Counted from the stretch's first letter, positions 10,100-22,698 are shown. The stretch is 64,000 nucleotides of DNA from an uncultured Chloroflexia bacterium (GCA_963810095.1 CAWEMM010000012.1:224001-288000), one strand, 5' to 3'. A program made the numbers and translations. Notes: generated from the sequence alone by a model not told the origin.

Positions 10100-12141
10100 T
10101 GTTTGGTCTTGACGGCGGTCGCCGTATGTTCGACCGGGAGACCTCTAAGCCCAAGAATGTCAGCGAGACGCTGGGCCGCCTGGTCAAATACTTCAAACCG
10201 TTCTGGCCCGTGCTGTTGCTCACGGCCCTGCTCATCGTGGGCAACACCTGGACGCAGGTCATCACGCCCCAGCTGACCGGCGAGGCAGTCGACTGTTACC
10301 TGACGCCGGCCACCATCGCTAACCCGAACGCGGGCGCGGCGGGCAACGCGGCCCTGCAGAAGCTCATGGGCACGGCCTCCAGCAGCTCGGCGGCCAACTG
10401 CACGTTGAACTACCCGCAGCTGGGCCTCACACCTCTGCCGCCCACCTCGTCCACGAGCGACTACATTGCGGGGCTGGGGCGCCTGGTGCTGGTGCTGCTG
10501 GGCCTCTATGCGATCGGCGCCGTGATGGGCGCGCTGCAGTTCTACGCCATGTCCTGGTCGGGCCAGCACGTGGTCAAACAGATGCGCGAGGACATCTTCG
10601 CCCAGATTCACCGGCTCTCGCTCAACTACTACGCCGAGCACGAGGCCGGGCAAGTGATGAGCCGGGTCACCAACGACATGGAGACGATCAGCCAGGCGTT
10701 CGGCTTTGCGCTGGTCAGCGTCACCAGCGGCATCCTCCTCATCGCCTGGGTCGCCTTCAACATGCTCAAGCTGAGCGTGCCCTACGCGCTGGTCTCGCTG
10801 GCCGTCGTGCCCATCATGTGGCTGATCACCAACTGGTTCTCGGCCCAGGCCCGTAAGGCGTTCCGCCGCTCACGCAAGGAGATCGGCCGGGTGAACGCCG
10901 ACCTGCAGGAGAGCATCTCGGGCGTGCGCGAGGTCCAGGCGTTCGGGCGCGAGAACGAGAACATCGAGGCGTTCCGCACGTCGAATGCGGCCAACCGTGA
11001 CGCCAACGTGCGCGCGGCCGCCTTCACGCAGGCGCTCGCCCCGGTGCTCGAAGCGCTGGGCTACGTCGCCATCGGCATCACGACGGTGGTCGGCGGGGCG
11101 GTCCTGCTGGGCGGGGGCACGCTGGGCGGCACCGTCATGTCGCTGGGCCTGATCGTCACATTCCTGGGCTACGTGCAGCGCTTCAACCAGCCGGTACAGC
11201 AGATCTCCACGCTGTGGACCAACCTGCAGAGCGCCATCGCCGGCGCCGAGCGCATCTTCGGGCTGCTCGACGACCAGGCAGACATCGTCGATAAACCCGG
11301 TGCGCAGATCATGCCGCCCATTCAGGGCAAGGTCGAGTTCGACTGCGTCGGCGCGGCCTACCGGAAGGGTCAGCCCGTCCTGGGGTGCATCAGCTTCGAC
11401 GCCGAGCCGGGCCAAACGGTCGCCATCGTCGGCCCCACCGGCGCGGGCAAGACGACGATCATCAACCTGATCCCCCGCTTCTACGACGTGACGAACGGCC
11501 AGGTCCGCATCGACGGCATCGACGTGCGCGACGTGAGCGCAGCATCCCTGCGGCGCCAGATCGGCATCGTGCTGCAAGACACGTTCCTCTTCAGCGACAC
11601 GGTGATGAACAACATCCGCTTCGGCCGGCCCGAGGCGACGGACGAGGAAGTCGTCGCCGCGGCCAGGCTTGCCCGGGCCGACGAGTTCGTCCAGCGTCTC
11701 GCCGACGGCTACAACACGGTCTTGGGCGAGCGGGGCAGCGGCTTGAGCCTGGGGCAGCGACAGCTGCTGGCCATCGCCCGGGCCGCGCTGGCCGACCCCC
11801 GCATCCTGATCCTGGACGAGGCAACCTCGAGCGTGGACACCCGCACCGAGCGCCAGATCCAGACCGCGCTCGAGGTGCTCATGGCCGGCCGGACGAGCTT
11901 CGTCATCGCCCACCGGCTCAGCACCATCCGCAATGCCGACCAGGTGCTCGTGCTGCAGGGGGGTGAAATCGTGGAACGTGGGCGACACGAGGAGCTCCTT
12001 GCACAGCGTGGCGCCTACTACGATCTCTACATGCGGCAGTTCAAGGGGCAAGAGCTGATGTTATCGTCGACCGCGTCGACGTCACCCGCTGCCGGCAACG
12101 GGCACGGCCGCGTCTCTGCCTCTCAACCGTCCGGCGCATAG
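10099..12141 (+). CDS. ABC exporter half-transporter (TMD+NBD), consensus-site subunit; heterodimer partner
   Basis: GPTGAGKTT, non-canonical signature LSLGQRQ, ILILDEATS, IAHR; TAATG coupling; matches the TM287/288-type pattern. Confidence 0.95.
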   Translation: MFGLDGGRRMFDRETSKPKNVSETLGRLVKYFKPFWPVLLLTALLIVGNTWTQVITPQLTGEAVDCYLTPATIANPNAGAAGNAALQKLMGTASSSSAANCTLNYPQLGLTPLPPTSSTSDYIAGLGRLVLVLLGLYAIGAVMGALQFYAMSWSGQHVVKQMREDIFAQIHRLSLNYYAEHEAGQVMSRVTNDMETISQAFGFALVSVTSGILLIAWVAFNMLKLSVPYALVSLAVVPIMWLITNWFSAQARKAFRRSRKEIGRVNADLQESISGVREVQAFGRENENIEAFRTSNAANRDANVRAAAFTQALAPVLEALGYVAIGITTVVGGAVLLGGGTLGGTVMSLGLIVTFLGYVQRFNQPVQQISTLWTNLQSAIAGAERIFGLLDDQADIVDKPGAQIMPPIQGKVEFDCVGAAYRKGQPVLGCISFDAEPGQTVAIVGPTGAGKTTIINLIPRFYDVTNGQVRIDGIDVRDVSAASLRRQIGIVLQDTFLFSDTVMNNIRFGRPEATDEEVVAAARLARADEFVQRLADGYNTVLGERGSGLSLGQRQLLAIARAALADPRILILDEATSSVDTRTERQIQTALEVLMAGRTSFVIAHRLSTIRNADQVLVLQGGEIVERGRHEELLAQRGAYYDLYMRQFKGQELMLSSTASTSPAAGNGHGRVSASQPSGA

Positions 12142-12154
12142 CCCGTCTCATGCT

Positions 12155-12193
12155 CCTCGGGGCTGCATCGCTTCCGGCGATGCAGCCCCGAGG
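12155..12193 (+). terminator. Strong GC hairpin after the ABC operon
   Basis: cctcggggctgcatcgc-ttccg-gcgatgcagccccgagg perfect inverted repeat; weak U tract. Confidence 0.6.
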
Positions 12194-12368
12194 CCTGCTT
12201 CCCGCAGTCCTCTCCCGATCCCCTAATTCTCCCTCGGCCTTGCAGTCCACGCCAGTTTCCCCGGCGACGTCAAATCCGGATTCCTATTGATATTGTCAAT
12301 ACAACATCGCTGCTGCATTCATCGTGGTCATTATGCAATTACTATCATAGTACTAGAGACTCTTTCTA

Positions 12369-12397
12369 TTGACGCTCCTCCTTCTTTGTGATATACC
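12369..12397 (+). promoter_or_regulatory. Putative sigma70 promoter of the giant surface protein
   Basis: TTGACG-17 nt-TATACC with extended TG, in an AT-rich intergenic region. Confidence 0.5.
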
Positions 12398-12550
12398 GTG
12401 CAAAGAATGACAGTGGCCACGGGAGTGGTCAGGCGCACTCCCACTCGGTCCTGTCCGGCTCTATCGTATTGAATTCGCGCATTACTTTCCACGGATACCG
12501 GATGCCGTATCGGCCGGCTGCCCCGCCTGGCAGCCCGTTGAGGAGGACTC

Positions 12551-15500
12551 ATGAGACACCACCGCCGGTTCATCGTCTCCACCACCCCCCGCCCGTTCTG
12601 GGCCCTGCTGCTCGTCGTCGTGCTCCTGTTGAGCGGCGCCTCCGTCGCCCTGGCCGTCATGCCGGCCAGCGAGCCACTGGCGCCCAACGCACCCGAAGTG
12701 GTCCCGTTCCTCTGGACGGACAAGGCGGATTACGCCCCCGAAGAGACCGTCCACTTTGGCGGGGCCTACTTCCTGCCGGGCGCCTACGCGGTGCCCGTCC
12801 TGCGCCCCGACGGCTCGATCGTCACGGGCGACGGCACCTTTACTGCGGGTTACGACTCGGTGCTCGTCCCCCAGGGCGCCAACAGTTTCACCTATGACTA
12901 CATTCTCGACGGCGTGATCGGCCGGTACGAGATGCGGGCCTACGCCGAGGGCGTTCCCGTTCCCGCCAACGCCGCCGATTGGGGCGCCGACGCCAACTAT
13001 GTCGCCGCCGTCACCTTCACTGACGCGGCGAGCCTCACCCTCACCAAGAGCGCTTCGCCGGCCACGTACACGGCGGCGGGGCAGACCATCAGCTACGGCT
13101 ACGTGCTTCTCAACAGCGGTACGACGCTGCTGTCCGGGCCATTCACCGTCGCCGACGATAAGGCGCCCGCTGTAACTTGCCCCGCCGAACCGTCGCTGGC
13201 CTGTGGGCGCCTCCCTCACCTGCTCCGCCAGCTACACGACCAGTGCCGCCGACGTGGCGTTCGGCTACGTCGTGAACAAAGCCACCGCGTCCGGAACGGG
13301 CATCACGTCCAACACGGACACGGAGGTCGTCTCGATTCCGCTAGACAAGTGCACCGTCGATGCAGACGGGGCGAACGACGAGCCCGGCCAGAAGGATCTC
13401 ACCAAGTGGTGCCTCTCAACCACCGCCGTGAATCCCGCCGTGCTCAGCTGGAACTGGGACGAAATCGCCTTGGGCGGCAGCAATACCGGCGACGGCTGTG
13501 CGCTGTACGACACCGACAACGACGGCCTCGCCAACTACTCGCTGTGCGTCTCTTGGCAGGGCAACCGGACGCAGCTGGCCGATAGCCCTCGCCTGTACTC
13601 CTGCACTGACCTGCGCAGCGACCGCTGCACGGGCTCCGTGCTCCAGGCCATCACGAACGGCAGCAGCTGTGCGGTCGACCTCGCCGTGGACGATCCGTTC
13701 GCGGCGGGCGCCGACTACCCGAAGGACGCCAAAGCGGTTTGCTCCATCAACCTGGCAGACGTTGGCGGCGCCTCCGAGGCCGCGCTGCTCGATGTGTGCT
13801 CCTATCCGTCCGAGCAGCCCAACTCTGACCCGTCGGACTGTGTGGCCATCACCCAGGACCGGGGTAACGTGGATGTCTTCAAGGACTTTGTCCCCGACAA
13901 TCCCACAGCCACGACCGGTATCACCATCTCCGGCCCGACGCCGCTGAGCGCCACGCTCACGGGCGACGACTCGACGGGGATCAAGGCAGTGAATATCGGC
14001 TCCTACACCATCAGTGAAGCCCCGGCTTCCGGCTGGACCACGGCGACCTACAATTCGACGTGGGCCTGCACGAAGAACGGCGCGGCCGCCTCAAGCGGCT
14101 CGGGCACCAGCCTGACGATCGACGTTGCAAAGGGCGACATCGTCCTCTGCACCTTCACCAACACGCTCAAGACCGGCTCGCTCCAGGTGTTCAAGGACGT
14201 CTCCCCCGACGCCCCGGCGACGAACTGGGACTTCGCCTGGACCGGCCCGACCAACGGCAGTTGCTCCATTGCCGGCGACGGATCGTGCGCGGCGGCCACC
14301 GTCGAGGCCGGTTCCTACAGCCTCGTCGAGACCGCCGGGTCCGCCACCAGCCTGGCCGACTATGACACCACGTGGGCCTGCACGGTCAACGGCCTGTCCG
14401 GCCCGAGCGGCTCTGGCACGACCATCTCGGGCCTGTCCGTGAATGCCAACGACGCCGTGATCTGCACGTTCACGAACACGCACAAGGTCTACGCCGATCT
14501 CACGGTGAGCAAGACGGCCGCGGCCGCGTTCACCCGCACCTACGCGTGGGACATCACCAAGAACGTCGATGCCAGCCGCGCGAACATCGCCGATGGCGCC
14601 TCCGCCACCTTCAACTACACCGTCGGCGTGACCCACACGAGCACCGATTCGGCGTGGGCGGTCAGCGGTAAGATCACCGTCAGCAACCCGAACGCCTTTG
14701 CCATCGCCGGCGTGGACATCACGGATACGATCGACAACGGCGGCAGCTGCGCGGTGACCGGCGGCACGAACGTCACGGTCCCGGCAAACGGTTCGGCGAC
14801 CGTGGACTACACCTGCACCTTTGCGTCGAATCCGGGCGCGGGCACGAACACGGCCACCGCCACCTGGAACAAGGACACGTACTACACGCTCACCGGCAGC
14901 GCCTCGGGCACGAAGGGGTATGACTTCTCGACCGTCACGCCCCAGATCGTCAACGGCTCGGTCACCGTGACCGACTCGCTCGGCGGCACGCTTGGCAGCG
15001 TCAGCTACACCGACCCGAGCCCGACCGAGTTCAAGTACGCCAAATCCTTCAAGGGCGTGGCCGGCACCTGCACCGACTACGATAACACCGCCACGATCAC
15101 CGAGAACGGCAAGACCGCCAAGCAGTCGGTGACCGTCTGCGTCGGCAAGGACCTGGCCGTCGCCAAGACCGCGGCCGGCACCTTCAACCGCGCCTACCTG
15201 TGGTCCATCGCCAAGGCCGTCGACGTGCCGCAGATCAACATCGCCAACGGCGGCACGGCCACCTTCAACTACACCGTCACCGCCACGCAGACCGGCATCA
15301 GCGACAGCGGCTGGACCCTCTCGGGCAAGATCACCATCACCAATCCCAACGACTGGCAGGCGATCACGGTCGACAGTGACCGACGCCGTGAATAACGGCG
15401 GCGTCTGCACCGTCGCCGGCGGCACGGACGTCGTATCCCGCAGGCAAGTCGCTCGACGTCGACCTACACCTGCACCTACGCGCCGCGCCGACGAGCTACT

Positions 15501-18500
15501 GCGGCACCAACACCGCCACCGCCACCTGGGACAAGGCCACCGCCTTCACGCCGAATGGTTCGGCCACCGGCAGAGCGGCCTTCACCCTGACCCAGGCCGG
15601 CAGCACCAACAAGACCGTCACTGTCACCGACTCGCTCGGCGGCACCCTCGGCACCGTCACCGCCACCGACGCAGCGCCCTTCGCCGCCAAGAGCTTCACC
15701 TACAGCTACGGCTTCAAGGGCGAGCCCGGCACCTGCAAGACCTACGATAACACCGCCACGATCACCGAGACCGGCAAGACCGCCTAGCAGTCGGTCAACG
15801 TCTGCGTCGGCAAGGACCTGACGGTGACCAAGACCGCCGCCGGCACCTTCAACCGGGCCTACCTGTGGTCCATCGACAAGGGCGTCGACCTGGCGACCGA
15901 TCAACATCGCCAACGGGGGCACGCGCCACCTTCAAGTACACAGTCACCGCCACGCAGACCGGCATCGCCGACAGCGGCTGGACCCTGGCGGGCAAGATCA
16001 CGGTCACCAACCCCAACGACTGGGAGGCCATCACGGTCGACGTCGACCGACGCCGTGGATAACGGCGGCGTCTGCACCGTCGCCGGCGGCACGGCCGTCA
16101 GCATCCCGCCGGCGAGTCGCCGACCTCGACTACGCCTGCACCTACGCGGCGGCGCCCACGACCTACAGCGGCACGAACACCGCCACCGCCACCTGGGACA
16201 AGGCCACCGCCTTCACGCCGAATGGTTCGGCCACCGGCAGCGCGGCCTTCACCCTGACCCAGGCCGGCAGCACCAACAAGACCGTCCACGTCACCGACAC
16301 CTTCGCCGGCGACTTGGGCACGGTTACCGCCACCGATGCGGCGCCTTACGCCAACGCCACCTTCACCTACACCGCACCGAGAGCGGCACGGCGGCACCTG
16401 CACCGACTACGCCAACACGGCCGCCCTCACCGAGACGGGGCAAACTGCTTCCAAGACGGTCACCCTCTGCGTCGGCCTCGACCTGACCGTGACCAAGACC
16501 GCGGCCGGCACGTTCGACCGCACCTACTTCTGGAAGATCGACAAGTCGGTCGACGACACGCAGGATCAAGATCGCCCAAGGCGGCACGGCCACCTTCAAC
16601 TACACGGTCAAGCTCGACGCCCGACGGCTACACCGATTCCGGCTGGACGCTCGCAGGCAAGATCACCGTCACGAACCCGAACGACTGGCAGGCCATCAGC
16701 GCCGACGCTGGCCGACAGCTACGATGGCGGCGGCGTCTGCACCGTCGCGGGCGGGACCAAAGTCTCGATCCCCGCGGGCAAGTCCGTGACGCTCGACTAC
16801 TCCTGCGTCTTCGGCACGAAGCCGCTCTACACCGGCATCAACACCGCCACGGCCACCTGGGACAAGGCCGCCGCGTTCACCCCCAACGGCTCCGCCTCGG
16901 GCAAGGCGGACGTAATGCTGGCGCTTGACCAGGAGACCAACCGCACCGTCACCGTCACCGACGACAAGACCACCGGCACGCCCGTCACCCTCGGCACCGC
17001 CGACTGGCTGGCCGGCGAAGAAGACCTTCACCTATGCCCTCGCCAAGCAGGGCGTCGCCGGCACCTGCACCGACTACACCAACACCGCCGCCATCACCGA
17101 AACCGCGCAGTCCGACAAGCAACTCGTCACCGTCTGCGTCGGCAAGGACCTGGTCGTCGCCAAGACCGCGGCCGGCACCTTCGACCGCACCTACTTCTGG
17201 GCCATCGACAAGAGCGTGGACGACACGAGGATCGAGATCGCCCAGGGCGGCACGGCCACCTTCAACTACACGATCAAGCTCACGCCCGGCGGCTACACCG
17301 ACTCGGGCTGGACCCTGGCCGGCAAGATCACCGTCACGAACCCGAACGACTGGCAGGCCATCACCGCTGACGTGGCCGACAGCTACGACGGCGGCGGCGT
17401 CTGCACGGTCGCCGGCGGTACGGCCGTCAGCATCCCCGCGGGCCAGTCCGTGACGCTCGACTACTCCTGCGTCTTCGGCACGAAGCCGCTCTACACGGGC
17501 GTCAACACCGCCACCGCCACCTGGGACAAGGCCGCCGCGTTCACGCCAAGCGGCTCCGCGTCGGGCAAGGCGGACGTCACCCTGACGCTCGACCAGGAAA
17601 CCAACCGCACCGTCACCGTGCTCGACGACAAGACCACCGGCACGCCGGTCACGCTTGGCACCAGCGACTACTACGCCGGGCCGTTCACCTTCACCTACGC
17701 CCTCGCCAAGCAGGGCGTCGCCGGCACCTGCACCGACTACACCAACACGGCCAGCCTGAAGGAGCTGCCCGCCATCACAGACAGCCAGAAGGTCACCGTC
17801 TGCGTCGGCAAGGACCTGGCGGTGACGAAGACCGCGGCCGGCACCTTCAACCGCGCCTACCTGTGGTCCATCGCCAAGGCCGTCGACGTGCCGCAGATCA
17901 ACATCGCCAACGGCGGCACGGCCACCTTCAACTACACCGTCACCGCCACGCAGACCGGCATCGCCGATTCCGGCTGGACCCTGGCGGGCAAGATCACGGT
18001 CACCAACCCCAACGACTGGGAGGCGATCACGGTCGACGTGACCGACGCCGTGAATAACGGCGGCGTCTGCACCGTCGCCGGCGGCACGGCCGTCAGCATC
18101 CCCGCCGGCGGCGCCAAGACCTTCGACTACACCTGCACCTACGCGGCGGCGCCCACCGCCTACAGCGGCGCCAACACCGCCACGGCCACTTGGGACAAGG
18201 CCGCGGCCTTCACGCCGGATGGTTCGGCCACCGGCAGCGCGGCCTTCACCCTGACCCAGGCCGGCAGCACCAACAAGACCGTCACTGTCACCGACTCGCT
18301 CGGCGGCACCCTTGGCACCGTCACCGCCACCGACGCAGCGCCCTTCGCCGCCAAGAGCTTCACCTACAGCTACGGCTTCAAGGGCGAGCCCGGCACCTGC
18401 AAGACCTACGACAACACCGCCACCCTCACCGAGACCGGGCAGACCGCCTCCAAGACCGTCAAGGTCTGCGTCGGCAAGGATCTGACGGTGACGAAGACGG

Positions 18501-20078
18501 CGGTCGCCAGCTACGACCGGCTCTACAAGTGGAAGATCGCCAAGAGCGTGGACAAGACCTCCGCCACGGTCGCGCCCGGTGAGAACGCCGCGTTCAACTA
18601 CACGGTCACGGTCACGCCCGACGGCTTCACCGACAGCGGCTGGAAGCTGAGCGGCAAGATCACGGTGACCAACCCCAACGACTGGGAGGCGATCACTGCC
18701 AACGTGACCGACGCCACGAACGTGGGCGGCGGCGCAGTCTGCACCGTCACCGGCGGCGCTAACGTCTCGATCCCGGCCGGCAAGTCCGTCACCCTCGACT
18801 ACAGCTGCACCTTCACGGGCCAGCCCGCCTACACGGGCACGAACACCGCGACGGTGACGTGGAACAAGGCGACCTACTTCACTCCCGGCGAGACCACGAC
18901 CGGCACGGCGGCTGTGAGCTTCACGGTCGCGAACGAGACCAACAAGACGATCACGGTGGTCGACAACAAGACCGGCGCGACCGACGTGACCCTGGGCACG
19001 GCGAGCTGGCCGGACGGCGTCAAGAGCTTCACCTACACGCTCACGAAGAGCAAGGCATCGGGCACCGGCGCCTGCACGTCGTACACCAACATCGCCAAGA
19101 TCAAGGAGACCGGCCAGACCGCAACGCAGACCGTCCAGGTCTGTGTCATCGCCATCGACCTGGTCAAGCAGATCGGCACCTCGGCCGCCGGCCCGTGGTA
19201 CGACTCCATCAGCCAGATCATGTCCGGCATGAACGTCTGGTACAAGTTCACCGTCACCAACACCGGCGACGTGACCCTGACCAACGTCACCGTCACCGAC
19301 CCGATGTTTGGCGGGCAGGTGTGCGTGGTAGCCAGCCTCGCGCCGGGCGCCAACACCACCTGCAGCAAGGGCCCGGTCCAGGCGGCCTATAACAACAACA
19401 GCCAGGTGTGCAACACGGCCACGGCCAGCGGCAGCTGCGAACGGCAAGACCGCCACCGACACGGACACGGCCTGCTACGTGACCAAGTACTGGGCCTTTA
19501 CGCCGGGCTTCTGGAAGAACCACACGCCCGACGCAAAGAACGGCAACGACGCGTGGCAGTACACCGACTACCTGACCACCAACAAGCTGGGCGAGCCCAA
19601 GGTCTTCCAGGGCGGCTGCCTGAGCGACTATCCGAAGGGCAGCAGCAAGCCCTTCGCCCAGATGACCCTGCTCCAGGCGCTCAGCTTCAAGGGCGGCTCG
19701 ACGGCATCGGGGGCCAAGGAAACGCTGCTGCGGGCCGCAACCGGCGCGCTGCTCAACGCCTCCTTCCTCCAGAAGACGGCCTGCAAGAATGACGCCGGCC
19801 AGTTCATCTGTACGCTCGATCCCGACAAGGGCATCGTCGGGCCGAACGGCGAGATCTACTACCCGCTGACCGTCGCCATGGTCCAGCAGCAGACGAAGAC
19901 GGCCACGTGCGGCACGGCCGACGAGATGCTGGCGCTTGCCAACAAGCTCGACCTCTACAACAATGGCAATCACTACATCAACTGGGCCGACCCGAACCAG
20001 CCGCCCCCCGTCGGCGGCCAGATGGCCCTGAACCTGATGCAGACTCTGGAGCCGATCGACCTGCCGCAGGCGCGCTGA
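12551..20078 (+). CDS. Giant secreted repeat surface protein/adhesin (about 2,500 aa reconstructed) with DUF11-like, prealbumin-like and seven 222-aa repeats
   Basis: Signal peptide, TDKADYAP motif, LTLTKSASP DUF11-like domain, Cys/Asp-rich domain, CTFTN prealbumin-like domains, tandem repeats, C-terminal TPGFWKNH domain; many frameshifts and an in-frame TAG at 15785. Confidence 0.85.
14496..19156 (+). repeat. Seven tandem coding repeats of about 666 bp
   Basis: Units start DLxVxKTA at about 14496, 15150, 15815, 16480, 17147, 17813 and 18479. Confidence 0.9.
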
Positions 20079-20087
20079 TCCTCCCGT

Positions 20088-20121
20088 GTGGCAGGGTGGG
20101 AGCGTGCTCCCGCCCTGCCAC
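20088..20121 (+). terminator. Hairpin after the giant gene
   Basis: gtggcagggtgggagc-gt-gctcccgccctgccac. Confidence 0.5.
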
Positions 20122-20178
20122 CCCCTGGCGGGCGATGGGGGCAGCCCCGTCGCCCGTCTTTTATCGGAGTGCATCCCC

Positions 20179-22696
20179 ATGACGCAACGAACACGAACGT
20201 CGTGCTTCGCGCAGTTTGCCGGCCGGCTGCTGGCCCCACTCCGGCTGGCGGTCGCTCTCGCGCTGGTCGCCCCGCTCGCGCTGGTCCCCGCGCTGGGTCT
20301 GCCTGCCGCGGCCGCGTCTCTGCCGGCCCAGACAACCCCGGCCGAGCCCCGGGTCGGGCCCGGGCCCCTGTTCGTCGAAAACGCCGGCCAGTATGCTCCC
20401 GAAGCCGGCTTTCTCGTGTTAGGCGGCCCGGCCCGCGCCTGGCTCGCCCACGACGGCGCTCTGGCTGACCGTCTACAGCAGGAACGCGCCGTCCGGGCCG
20501 GGCGTCCGTCCGGCAGACCGCCTCCCGGTGCGCGGTGCGAACCTCCGGCTGAGCTGGGAGGGCGCCAACCCCGCGGCAGAGTGGACCGCGAGCCGGCGCT
20601 CCGCCACCCGCGTCTCCTACCTGCTCGGCCGCGACCCGGCCGGCTGGCGCTCAGACGTCCCGGTGTGGGAGGAGGTGACGCTACCGCGACCTGTACGCCG
20701 GCCTCGACCTCGTCATGGGCGGCGACCCCGCGGCCTTCTGGCGCTGGTCCGCGCAGCCGTCGGCCGACCTCGCGGGGGTCCGGCTCCGCGTCGAGGGGGC
20801 CGAGTCCGTGGCCCTCACCGCCGCGGGCCTGGCCATCGAGACGGCCGCGGGCCGCGTCGTGCTCCCCCTGCCCGCACTTGCCGCCGCCCCCTCGGGCCCC
20901 CCAGGCCAACCCGGCCGTCCGCACCGAAGGGGACGCGTTCGTCGTCGATGCACCGTTCTCCTCCCCTGCCGTGCCGGGCGCGGCCGAAGCAGCCTCCGCA
21001 CCTCAGGGAACAGCCGACCTCATCTACAGCACCTTCCTGGGGGGCAGCGGCGCAGAGGACGGCTGGAGCATCGCGGTGGACGGAAACGGCAGCGCCTACG
21101 TGACGGGCGGCACGCCGTCGGCCGACTTCCCTGTCACCGCCGGGGTCTTTGATACGACCTTCGCACAGACCGAGGCCTACGTCGCCAAGCTCAATGCGGC
21201 CGGCAGCGCCCGGGTCTACTGCACCTTCCTGGGCGGCCAGGGCACGGACTGGGGCAATGGGATCACGGTCGACTCGAGCGGCCGGGCCTACGTCACCGGC
21301 GCCACCCTCTCGCGCGACTTCCCCACCAGCACCAACGGCTACGACCGGACGTGCGGCAGCGACGGCGACTGCGACGAATCAGGCGCGGACGGGCCGTTTG
21401 AGGACGCGTTCCTGGCCCGGCTGAACAGCAGCGGCACGGCCGCCGACTATTACGGCACCTACCTGGGCGGCGCGGATTACGACGAGGGGAACGGGGTTGC
21501 GCTCGACGGGTCCGACATGCTGGTGACCGGCATCACCTGGTCCGGCGACTTTATCTCCGGTTCCAAGGGCATGGGCGACGCCTTCGTCGCCAAGCTGACG
21601 GGCAGCGGCACGCTGGGGTACAAGGTCCTGCTGTCGGGCAGCGACGTGGACGCCGGTTTCGACATCGCCTCGGCCGGCGGCAGCGCTTACGTGACCGGCG
21701 AAACGTGGTCCACCGACTTTGGCGGGGGGACGCTCCAGGGCAGCAACGATGCCTTCGTCGCCAAGCTGAACAGCTCGGGCGGCGTGACGTACCGCACGCT
21801 CATGGGGGGGACGGGCGAGGACGCGGGTTACGACCTGGTGGTGGACGGCTCAGGCCAGGCATACGTCACGGGCCGGACCTCGTCGAGCGGCCTGCCGGTC
21901 ACGTCGGGCACGGGCGGCTACGGCGGCGGCGGTCGTGACGCCTTCGTGTGGAAGTTGAACGCCGGCGGCGCCACCGCTCACCTGCAATACCTCGGCGGCA
22001 GCGGGCTGGACGAAGGCCGGGGCATCGGGCTCGACACGTCGGGCGGCGTTAACCTGGCGGGCTTCACCGCGTCGAGCAACTTCCCAGCCGCCGGGTCGCC
22101 CTACGACAGCAGCTTCAACGGCGCCGAAGACGTCTTCGTCGCCCGCCTCGACCTGGCCGGCACGGGCAACCGCCTCGTCTACAGCACCTACCTCGGCGGG
22201 ACCTCTTACGATGAGGGCTACGACGCGGCGCTCGACGGCGCCGGCCGCATCTACGTGACCGGCTTCACGTCGTCCGCCGCGTTCCCCACGACCGAAGGCG
22301 CATACGATCGCACGCTCGACACGAGCGCAGGCCAGGACGCGTTCGTCGCCAAGCTCGAGCACGACGCCGTCCGCCCCACCCAAGCCGCCCGCGGCCCGCA
22401 TCGGCGCAGAGGGCACGACGGCCGTGGTTCGCTGGGATGCGGTCACCCTCGACGTCAACAATAACCCCGTCACCATCAGCAAGTACCAGGTCTGGCCGGG
22501 CGCCACCCCCTACTTCGACCCCGTCCTGCCCGCCCCCGCGGAGACGACCGGGCTCGAATACCGGGACAGCGGCGTGCTCGGCGTGGTCGACGCGCACTAT
22601 TACGTCGTTCGGGCCGTCAGCACCGCGGCCCTCTCGTCCGCCAACTCGAACCGCACCGGCGAGTTTACCTTCAGCCTCACCAAGGGCAGCAATTAA
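20179..22696 (+). CDS. Secreted SBBP beta-propeller repeat protein with C-terminal Fn3-like domain (frameshifted)
   Basis: LFVENAGQY N-terminal domain; repeated YSTFLGG..D.G..IAVD..G.AYVTG.T.S.DFP; C-terminal YYVVRAVS...SNRTGEFTFSL. Confidence 0.9.
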
Positions 22697-22698
22697 CC

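Noticed and set aside
12400-12550. Riboswitch in the leader of the giant protein
   Set aside because: Only a simple hairpin (gggagtg...cactccc); no recognisable c-di-GMP or other aptamer consensus by eye; an Rfam scan would be decisive
14496-19156. Diversity-generating retroelement TR/VR pair
   Set aside because: No reverse transcriptase, and differences between copies are not adenine-specific
16985-19468. Long antisense ORFs (also 7964-9970, 10870-12051, 56398-58077)
   Set aside because: Shadow ORFs of high-GC codon usage opposite clear genes; no recognisable motifs
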